A stretch of DNA of 64,000 nucleotides, taken from the NCBI GenBank assembly GCA_977862235.1, contig OZ374559.1, forward strand, positions 1,302,001-1,366,000, read 5' to 3'. Position numbers and translations under genes: made by a program. The stretch's first letter is position 1. Every line of letters starts with the position of its first letter. Positions 35,144 through 45,326 of this stretch are shown here, in pieces. This DNA comes from Dudresnaya verticillata (lineage: Eukaryota). The notes under the pieces were generated by a model. The model was not told the origin of the DNA. It saw only the letters and a list, made by a program, of their open reading frames with translations, and did no database searches.

Positions 35144-35389
35144 CACCGTTTTGCATCGTTTGCACCCGCATGCACGCCATTCGAGAACCGAAGCTGCGAT
35201 TTCGAATCCCTTTTGTCTCCGTGATTCCCGAGATCTTCGCGGACTCCGAAGTCCAAGTCAATCGCGATTCGCAACTCTCGGTTTGTCGCAGTCGGACGAT
35301 ATCGAAATTCTGCGCTTTGTATTGCATCGTTTGCACGCAGGCCACGCCAATTCGTAAATCCGTAACCCGCGACCGGGACGTTCGCTCTT

Positions 35390-35402
35390 GAGGAGGGGGC
35401 CG
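35390..35402 (+). promoter_or_regulatory. Element D polypurine tract
   Basis: GAGGAGGGGGCCG immediately before the 3' LTR. Confidence 0.85.
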
Positions 35403-36253
35403 TGTGGTATAGACGCTATCCGTAAAACGACTCCGTGGTCTACGTGAAAATAATCGAGAAATACGAATTTCGAGATGACTCCGTGAATGCGCACGCCACG
35501 ATGGCAAACGTATTACAGCGATGCATACGGTGCGCGCGCCACGATGGCATACGCATTACAGCACGCACGTGATACGAAATCGCTGACACCTCCGGACGAA
35601 TCCCGATCCGACTTCGTGATCGCGCGCGCCACGATGGCATTCGCATTACAGTGCGCACCCGATACGAAATCGCTGACACCTTCGTGACTTTCCGGTTGTT
35701 TCCCGCGCGTAACGGCACCAGGGCCCACGAGACACGCGCACCTCCGTATGCATCGCTGGCGCACTTCGCAACCGCCACCATACGTGAGGCGACCGTTCGC
35801 TGGCACCGAGGCCGTTACGAATCATTCGAGTACGAACCGTCTCCCGAGTTGACGCGCATTCGTGCTCACGTAGTACTACTTAGCCAGTCGTCTGGCACAA
35901 CCTCCGAGGGTTTCCGGTAAGCGACTAGCGCCCGGACCTCGGAGTCTTCGGTAAACGCTGTTTCTTCGAGTTCGGTGTCTTCGTCTTCGTGACCGCGGAT
36001 ACGGTCGAGCCTCGCTTTCGATAGCCTCGAGCACCCGGAGTTATCCCCGGTGATCGATCGCTCGAGTTCTCCCTTCCGCACACGAATACGTTGACACCGT
36101 GGTCCTTCGTGTTAGCCGCTCCGCTCTACCACGCTACCACCCCTTTTCGTTTCATTCGTTAGGCTACGAGGCCATTCGCTAGGCTCCGAGGCCATTCGCT
36201 TACAGTGCGAGACTTCCCCGCGTCTCCGTGGACTTCGTTTTCGTTATACCACA
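35403..36253 (+). repeat. Element D 3' LTR (851 bp)
   Basis: Direct repeat of 13670-14520. Confidence 0.96.
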
Positions 36254-36258
36254 GATAT

Positions 36259-36583
36259 GTCCTTAGATAGGAATGAGTGGTCAGGCCACAAGGCGAGCGC
36301 GGCGCCACTGTCAGGCGCCGCGCGGCAAACATCCGCCAGCAATGCATGGCGCGATGGTGCGGCCATAGTTAATCCCCAAATGGCACAGTGCCATATCATC
36401 TGGAGCAGTGTGCCTTACAGATCAACTCTGTACACGTGTTGCCTTACAGCGCAGGAGCGTTCCAGCAATGAAATCAATCGGAGCACCAGCCATACCACCC
36501 GGGCAGTTGTGCGCCTGTCATTCCTTACAGAGGACTCGTGTCCACGTGGCTCCTTACAGGGCGTCAACGCCCGTTATACCACA
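36259..36583 (-). repeat. Element C 3' LTR, piece 2
   Basis: Aligns to 48838-49162. Confidence 0.93.
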
Positions 36584-36596
36584 CGGCCCCCTTCTT
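36584..36596 (-). promoter_or_regulatory. Element C polypurine tract
   Basis: Minus strand AAGAAGGGGGCCG directly before TGTGGTATAAC. Confidence 0.85.
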
Positions 36597-37458
36597 AAAA
36601 CTGAGCGACCGTGCTCAGTACAGTGGGACAGCAACGCTGTTTCCAACTAGATGGACCGTTGAGATTTCAGTCTCAGGCCGTTGATTGGCCCGGCCAAGCG
36701 CGTGTGCTGAAACGCCACCCACCCCGTCTCAACGAGACGGGGAACTTGCCAGAGCTTGAGAACCGCCGTCGGTGCGCGCGCGCCGACGCGGCCGATATCG
36801 TTTGCGCGAAACACGCGTTAGGCAAACGCCTATTTCAACTGCGGCTTTTTGCCCATTGGGACCCTCCCACACCTCGGCTCACCCGTGTCATCCACGTCAG
36901 TCTGCGACTATTCGTGCGCCAACGTCACCATCGGCACCGCGCCTTCAGCTACAACCCGTGACACGCCAACGCGATCCTTCCTGCGGCGCTGCCGACACGC
37001 CAACGCGATCCTTCCTGGGCTGTTGCCCGTGCGTTTCTTGGCGACTCCGGCCGCGGCTCTGAGTAAACGTCTTGACCGCCCCTACGGCGTCAGCCGTGTA
37101 TCCTTCTTCGAGCTCACCCTGCGTGGGCTTCATCCGACCACGTCGCGTAATTTTGCGCCATCGGCGGAGCCGAGTCGTTTCAACCAGCGCGCACCGTGCG
37201 GTTGGTGAAGTGCGTCACTAAGTTTTCAGAAACTCTCTGGTCGCGCTCGCTGTCTCTGCGGAGCGGCTTTGGAGCCGACGGTCAGTAGCAGGAGAGCGGC
37301 TTTCAAGCCGTAGGAAGATTCAGGTCGCGCTCATCACTCGTTGGAGTGATTTTGGAGCCGACGGTCAGAAGGCCTCCGTGCCTTAGAAGACTTCTTCAGG
37401 AAGAAGAAGTGACGGCTTGGCCGTATTAGGGGCATTTGCCTCCCTATACGTCGTTCGG

Positions 37459-39726
37459 ATGGCACCGCCTCGTTTGGCCTATGGGGTCGCTGGCTCGAGT
37501 GCCAATGTGCTAGGCCACTAAGTGGATGCGGCTGGAGTGCCGTTGGCTGTCTCCCAGAGCCGCGACTAGCTTCTGCGTACAGACCTCGCACACTTCAAGG
37601 TGCGCGCGGGGGCCAGTCGCGAAGAGATTCGCCGACGCGGCAGCCGAGTGGCTCAAAGCCGAGTATGGAATACCCTTATGCGGGCTAGGGTGAGCACCCT
37701 TACGGGGACCAACCGGTTCCTCCCCGTGTTGGATGGCGACGCCAATACCCTTCAGTGGGACCTTGCCTACGTGGGGTTTCGGCACGAGGTGCCTTGGAGC
37801 AACAACATAGCTCGGAAGCTAACGTCTGAAGCGGTCTTGTTGGAAGAGATCCATCACGGGGGCGGTTGGGACCTGCGCATGGTGATGCACGAACGGCCAC
37901 TTATTCGCGCCGGCAGGGATAACTTTCCCTATACCCTCGCCCGCATCGTGCGGTGGGATGAGTCTTCAAATCTGAAGAATCTGAAGTATGCCCTGGATAA
38001 CCCCCAAACGGCGAAGCTGTTAGAGCACGCTCGCTTCGAGCGGCGTCAACATCACAAGACGGGCTGCTTGGTTCCCTGCCATTGCCAAGAGGAATCGGCT
38101 TTGAAGCCGGAGTTCTACAATGGGAAGTACCCACTGGTCCCGGATGACCACAAGAATTATGAAGTCTCATATTCCATGCCAGAGGGAGTGCCAACCGTCA
38201 TTGCCTACCTCGGTTTGGAAATGATGGCCAAAGCCATGGACGATAGTGTGCTATGGAGCATCTTCCGACACGAGTGGGTCGTGATCGTTACGCAGACGCT
38301 TGTCTATGAGGCTCGTCGAGGCCTGTTATTCTTCATAAGCCAGCCTCTTCGTGTTGCCATTAGGGCCCTGGGCCCTGCGGGACTATGTTGGAACGAATCC
38401 GATGCCAAGGACTTGGAAGCCCTCTTGCGCTTCGTGGAGTGGATTCGGTGGAGTCAGGTCTCCAAGCGCAACCGTCACCTTCCTGACAATACAGGTCATC
38501 TCACACCGGTTTTCAACCGCGGGGACTGGGTCGACTTTGATCCAGTCAAGTGGCACCCGGTGTTGCCCGAGTATATGGTGCAACCCTAACCGTCTGAGGA
38601 GAGTCCTCTCACTCTTGACGAAGGCATTCGTATGACCGGTTTCACCACTGGTTGGGTTAGTGTCAAATGGCGTGAGCCAGGGCCACAGACTCCGGAAGAT
38701 GTTCCGTCTTTTGACACTACCGTCGACGGTCAGGCCCAGGGGCCTCATGCACCTACTGCATCCGCGTATGCGAAGGCGGATCAGGTTATCCGAGATGTAT
38801 TCAACAGGCGTGGTCTGGCTATTCGCCTCTTTGCTCATTGGGACTTTCGTCACCTGAACATCCACAGCCTCGCGGATTGGGTGGAAGAAGTCATGGTAGA
38901 CTACGAAAGTGAGCGGATGAAGACCCCAGGTCCTGTTGAGCAAATGGAGCGTCTCCGTGCTCACTTCGAGTCTCTTCCGCCCCTTGGCAAACGCGCCCTG
39001 AAGGCCGATCCTGCTCCGCGTCGTGGCATAAGCCATATTGGGATGTCATCAGTTAAGATGGAGTCGACCAGCGTCGCAGGAGTTGATCCTCGTGCTCAAA
39101 CGAGCGAGGACATGGCAGTGGTGCCACGGGAGGAGTCGTCTGCGACGGTGGTGAAGGGCGGGGCTTCGGCTTCGAAGCCGGTCGAGAGAGGTCTTCATCA
39201 GGAGGCGGTCGCCTCGTCGGTGACGCCTCAGGCACCTACCACGGCATTAGCCGGCTTTGCCCCCTCGGGGGAGCTCTTGGGCGAAGACTGCCCACGGACT
39301 GGCTCTCAAGCCATGGTGAAGCACAACGCCCCAGAGTCGGCTTCGGGATCTAAAGCGGTTGCCCCGGGCAACGAGGGCTCAAAGGCCACAACGGTTCATA
39401 CTCAAGAGGGGGCCCAGACCGAGAAGGCTCCAGTTGATAAGGACGACGTGGTCGTGAAGACAGAGTTAGTCGTCAAAGAAGAGGACGAAGTGGATCCCAG
39501 TGTTTCCGCGACGGCTCACGGTGTGGATGCGATGGAAATCGAGCAGCCGATAGCGGGGAGCCAAGGCGATGATAACGTGGAATCACGTCACGAGCGCGGT
39601 AGTCGTCGACTTGGTCGAGGGCGTCGCGTTGTACGCGAGGTCCGTCGCGTAGTGATATATCACTCGACTCCGCAGCCTAACCCTCCGCTTGAGGAGGACG
39701 AGTTCATCGACCTATTGTCTGATTAA
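37459..39726 (+). pseudogene. Element C antisense accessory ORF (~755 codons, one frame, three in-frame stops)
   Basis: ATG 37459 and track ORFs 37600..38589 and 38632..39726 are all in one frame. Stops at 37519, 37567 and 38587. Homologous to the E antisense ORF. Confidence 0.82.
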
Positions 39727-40430
39727 GTGGTTTGCTCAATCACCTTGCTCCCTTATGCGCCTTAGGCGCCCGTCCCGTAATCCGCCTTACTTGGGCAAGA
39801 GCGGCTTATCCGCTAACGTAAAGTAATTCTTCTTGTTGAATCACCTTCGGCTTGGAGCCGACTTGTTAGTAGCTTAGCCCATTGAGTTTTCTGTACGCTC
39901 GGCACCATGACGCAATTGCGTGTTCGTATTCCTTGGAGGAGCCACTGTAGCTCGGTGCCACTGTAGGGGCTCTGTGCCGCGGATATTTCTTCCACGAATT
40001 TTGATTCGTCGTGCAATCCGCCTCTCCCCTTGGGAAGGGCCAATGAGGGGCTGCCATCTCAGAAGGAGCCACTCTACAGTAGGGATGATTCACACTGTAG
40101 AGTTGAACTCTATTTGGCGCCAACGCCTGCCGTGCTGGTCAGTCGGAGCCTATTCAGGGTGAGACCCCTCTTTCTAGGGAGAGGGGTCTCGTGTTCCCTT
40201 CTTCCTTCCGTTTTTAGCGCGGGGGCGAGCGGCGCCGGGTGACTCATAGGTCATGGGACCTCCAAAAAGACGTTGACGTCTTGAGTGATAGAAGGAGTCA
40301 TGGCTTATGAGCCAGGAGGTTGTCTGAGAGGCTCTATGCCTGAGGTCGCTTCTTCCGCGTTTGCGACATGTCACGTTGCCACGTTCCAGAGCTCGTGCCC
40401 TATGGTTCCCACCATTTCCTACACTTTAGC

Positions 40431-40589
40431 CAAGGTCCTGAACCTTCCATATCTTCTATCCATTTCATCTATCCAAGGTCTTGAACCTTCCATATTACAC
40501 ATCCATTTCATCTATCCAAGGTCTTGAACCTTCCATATTATACATCCATTTCATCTATCCAAGGTCTTGAACCTTCCGTATTATACATC
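40431..40589. repeat. Element C tandem repeat, ~3.7 x 43 bp
   Basis: CAAGGTCYTGAACCTTCC units at 40431, 40474, 40517 and 40560. Confidence 0.92.
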
Positions 40590-40739
40590 GCATTGGCGCT
40601 TCCTCTAAGACATCGGTCTTGTGTTACACTACCACTCGCCTCTCGTATCCAGAGGGAGGGGGAGAACGTACGCCATTGGCATTATGAAACAGGGTTTCCT
40701 TCTGGCCACAGGTTGATATACAGACTGGTATCCCAGTAG

Positions 40740-43700
40740 TTAGGCGGGAAGGGGGATTCCCTTGTTACGGTGATACCGCTTAACCAAGTTCTCCGGGAGA
40801 TGCAGTCGTGGTTCCCACGTATCCTGCGAGGCAGGGCACTGGTACCAACGTACTTTGTACATTTCCGACTCTGCGTCGTATCCGACCAACTTGTCATAAA
40901 CAAATTCCCGAGGGGAGCTTTCTTGAAGAATGAGAACTTACGGCGGGGAGCCGTCTCTTCGGCTTCTGTAGCAGTTGGTCCGGCAACAAGCCGAGGAGAA
41001 CTATTATCCCTGGATACCATTGCTGCGCGATTGCCTAATTCAGGCGGTATGAGAACCTCATGAGCGGGTGCGGTTATGGAAACCGGGCCAGCGCCGTTAT
41101 CGATATTATCGTTTTCTCGCCGTGGGGGGGAGACAGTCGGCGCATCTGCGGCCTCGATGACCGTTTCCAATAGCTCACTGCCGGTTTGAGCTGGTGCCCT
41201 TTCGACATCACTGGTATTCGGGGGCGTTGCCCTCGAAGGTGGGTCTGCTGGTTCTGCGTCGTCAGGCCCAGATTCCACGATAGGGGGCACTTGCCCAATA
41301 GCGCCGAACTCATCGTTTGGCGATGGGGCCAATGTTACACGATCCAGAGAGACGAACTCTTTTTCGCCAGCTTTTTGCAACACGACTGTGTGTGTTCCTC
41401 GTTCGAGTACCTTAAAGGGGCCTATCGCTTTTGGAAACAGTTTCCCTTCTCGAGCCACGCCTTTGGCGTCTTTCACCTTCGTTTCTCTTTCGAGGAATAC
41501 CCATTGGCCTGGGCGTATACGTTTTGGTTAGTCAACCGCATATGATTGTTGAAGTTAACTTCATATCGTCGCTGGGCCATCCGCAGGCGTGGTAACGCTG
41601 TATCCATCAGCTTCTCGAGCCGGGTAGTCAGCCGTTTCTTCACGTTAGTTGCTGGAACGTTTTCAACGTCTACTGTCGCGGCTCTTTACATTAGAATGGA
41701 CGTGGGAGGGTTAGATAAAACCAAATCGACGGGCGCGAGACCGGTCCCGCGGTGAACGGTCGTGTTATACGCGTACGTCAAAGCCGACGTGAATTCATCC
41801 CAATCCTTCTGATCATCGGAGATGAAGTGTCTCAGCCCAGCCAACAAGGTTCTATTAAACCTCTCGGTCTGTCCGTTCGTCTGTGGATGGTAAGTAGACG
41901 TGAACAGATTCCTGATCCGAAGTATGCCACAGACGGCTATGAAAAACTTCGATGCGAACTGCGGACCGTTGTCCGACAAAACATAGCGGGGCGGCCCGTA
42001 GGTGTATACCCAATGTTCGCAGAACGCTCTTGCCACGGTATAGGCCGTTACCGTTTTCAACGGGACAGCCCTGGTGATCTTTGAGAAGCGATCGGTTATT
42101 ACGAGAACGTACTCGTTACCCTTACTCGATCGGGGCAGCGGCCCTAGGATGTCAATTCCCACGAATTCTAACGGCATCGTAGCCGGGAACAGCTTCATCT
42201 GCGAGGCATGTTGCCGTAGTTGGACTCGTTCTCGAGCGCATTTGACACAATTTCGAACGGTCGCGTATACTGCGAGAGCCATACCAGGCCAGTAGACCTG
42301 TCGGCGCAAGTTATGATACATTCTGGTGTCACCGGGATGGCCTGCCATCTCAGGATAGTGCACCAGGTGTAGAACCCGTTCTTGAAGGACCCGAGGCATC
42401 ACTACCTGCAAGGTTTTGTCAATATAAGACCGTCGGGCTAAAAGTCCCCTTTCGTCTTCAAGGTAACAGCCTGGCTTTCCAGTCTCGATTGCCAGCTTAA
42501 TGCCCTTGCAGAATGGATCTGTCAATTGCGTGCGAAGTAGTTCTTCCACCGTAATCAGAGATAGACTCTTCTCGTCCACTTCCTTTTCAGCCACCGTGGC
42601 TATCAACTGCTCATCCTCGAATTCAAACTCGGCTAATTGGTCCTCGGGTTCGACTTCCCAAACCTCCAAAGGTCGCGGCTCGGTGTCGGCTCTAGGATTT
42701 CCTTTGGAATGACGATCGGGAAATCCCTCGCGCTCGCTGTCGGCGATAATGAAGCAAGGGATCTCTAGGTCCGGTTCCCAACTGGTGAATCCATAAGTGG
42801 GTAGTCGCGAGACGGCGTCTGCTATCTGGTTCTTATTTCCCTTACGGTATTGAACCGTGAAGTCGTACTCCAAGAGTCGCAAGCGCCAGCGCGCTAGACG
42901 ACCCGATGCGTCAGTCATACTTATCATCCACTTGAGCGCTTGGTGGTCGGTATAGAGGTCAAAATGCGACCTTTCCAAATACGGTCGGAGCATTTGTGTG
43001 GTCCAGACTACAGCGAGACACTCCTTTTCTCCAACGGAATAATTCCGCTCAGCCTGGGTAAGGCCTCGGCTCCAGAAACCGATCGGGTGGCGTGTGCCAT
43101 CTGGCTCCATCTGCATAAGGGCACACCCTATCTGATAATCACACGCGTCGGTATCCACCGAGAGAGGTCTATCTTCCTTAGGAAGCCGGAGGATCGGTGG
43201 CGCTATGAGTGCTTTCTTCAACAGGGCGAAGGCTTCGCGTTGCCGTTCATCAAACGGGGGTAAGTTGAACCCGACATCCTTCTGTAGAAGCCTATTAAGC
43301 GGAGACGCAACCCTAGCGAAATTCGGTACGAAGCGTCTATAGACGTTACACAATCCAATAAACGACCTTAGTTGTGTCTGAGTCGTAGGCTCCTTGAAAC
43401 CTTCGATAGCTTGGGTGTTTTTGGTAGCCACCTCCAGCAGCCCTGGTCGGATCACATGTCCGAGGTAGTCCACACTCTTTGTAAAGAAATTACATTTCTT
43501 GAGCTTGAGAGATACGCCTGCTTGCTTCAATACGGAGAGTATCTCTTGAACGTGGCCTATGTGTTCGTCGACACTCTTGGAAAAGACTATGATGTCATCC
43601 AAATAGACGAGGCAGGATTTCCATCTGTATCCCGATAATAGAATATCAACCGTTCGTTGAAACGTCGCCGGTGCGTTGCACAGTCCGAATGGCATTCGGC

Positions 43701-45326
43701 AGAACTGAAAGCAACCAGCATGACAGGTGAACGCTGTCTTGGGCTTATCTTCAGCCGCCACTGGTATTTGCCAGTAACCCGAATTGCAATCGAGGGTGGT
43801 AAAATACTGGGCGTCGCCCAACGAGTCCAAGCACTCATCCATGCGCGGTAGAGGATAAGAATCCTTGATGTTAATCGCGTTCAGTTTCCTGTAATCGACA
43901 CAGAACCGGAGGGATCCGTCAGGCTTCTTAACCAGTACCACTGGACTTGCGAATTCAGAGCGTGCTGGCGCTATGAATCCTTCCTTGAACAGCATCTTAT
44001 CGACCTCGTCCTGCTCCGCTTGTCGCGCTTTCGGCTCTGAACGATAGGGTTGTGCGAATACAGGTTTGGAACCTTCTGTGAGCTCAATACGATGCTCCGT
44101 GACCTTGATGGTTCCCAATTTCCCGTTCCACATGTCGGTGAACGGACGCAACATTTTGCGAACGCGGCGCCTGTCAGACGAAGATAGGTGTTCTAATTCC
44201 AAGTCGTCGACTGTGAGCTTCTCGGTGGCGGTTTTGACACCTAATTTGGAGGTGGCCGCGCCAAGAGCAGCAGCTAGCCCTGCATCCCCTACGTCGAACG
44301 GTATATCGGCAGGAGGACTCGAGTCCTGTGGCTTCGGGTCCGTATGGTCGGGTACATCGTCGATGGAAAGAGTATAAACCGGCGTGGCCGTCCGAGCGGG
44401 AACGGCGCGACCAATAACTTGGTTCTTGGTTAGCCGTTGCACTCGGCGAGAGAAGTTAGCAATCTTAACACGGAAGAGACCGTTCTCTTGTATCTTGAAG
44501 ATTCCATTCGTGACGACCACTTGCTGACGGTCGTAAAGACGTTGGAAGGAATCCAAGAAGTGTGTTCCTTTTGCGGTACAGGATGCCGCGACCCAGGTTT
44601 CCGAACCGGGTTGTAAGTTAGTTGTGTGAGCAACTCGCACCAGGCGAGAAGTAGTTAGTGGAGGGAGCTCCATGGTTTCGCCAGAGCGTGTGGCTCTCGG
44701 GATACCGCATCGTCGTCGGAGAATGGGATGTACCGAACCGTCACGTAAGACTACGTGTTGCTTACGCACTCGAAGCTGTTCCACGTGGCTATCGATATAG
44801 GTGCATCCTAATATCATATCGACGGCTAGCACCGAAACCACGACGAAGGGTTGACGGACCGTGTAGATTCCAATCTTGACGACGAGGGAGATCATTCCCA
44901 ATATTGGTAAGCGGTGGCTGGATGCCGAAGTAAGGTTGACGATCGACTGGGTCGAGGAAACCTTCTTCCGGTCGTCCAAGGAGAGCACGTCAGCTCTGAT
45001 GAGATTGGGGCCTGCGCCCGTGTCCAGAACTGAAAGTACTTGAGTCATGTTTTCAACAGAGGTCCCAACGGACGCGACAACTTTATAGTTGTATCTCGAT
45101 AGCGCGCACACTGGGTCCTTAATGTACTCATCATACTTGCACCCGGGGGTAAGCCCACGGGGCGTGCTAAAACCTTCTTTGGAAGAGGAAGCGGGAGTTC
45201 CTGCGAGACCGATCGCTCTGGTGAGGGAGGACATAGGAAATGACATTCATCGGAGCGATCGGGGGGTTCCGATACGACTGGAGTCGCCCAGTGGACCGAA
45301 ACCGGTTCCCCCCTTGCTAGTTTTTC
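40740..45326 (-). pseudogene. pol: Element C pol, frameshifted upstream of PR and downstream of the integrase core
   Basis: ORF 41686..45246 has LDTGAG, YLDD, DTDAC, HHCC and DDE. GPF module in 40682..41476. Chromodomain EFVYDKLVGY..VRWYQC..TWEP in another frame (40740-40907). Confidence 0.92.

Larger units (their letters stand above)
22621..35346 (+). repeat. Element D 3' UTR tandem repeat, 3 x 171 bp; copy 2 split by element E
   Basis: Units start GCCATTCGAGAACC at 22621, 22792 and 35176. Copy 2 is 22792-22935 plus 35149-35175. Confidence 0.9.
13670..36253 (+). mobile_element. Element D: full-length chromodomain Ty3/gypsy retrotransposon with intact ORFs (~10.4 kb without nested E)
   Basis: TSD GATAT (13665-13669, 36254-36258). 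851-bp LTRs TGTGGTATA...TATACCACA. PBS, PPT and uninterrupted gag and pol. Confidence 0.96.
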
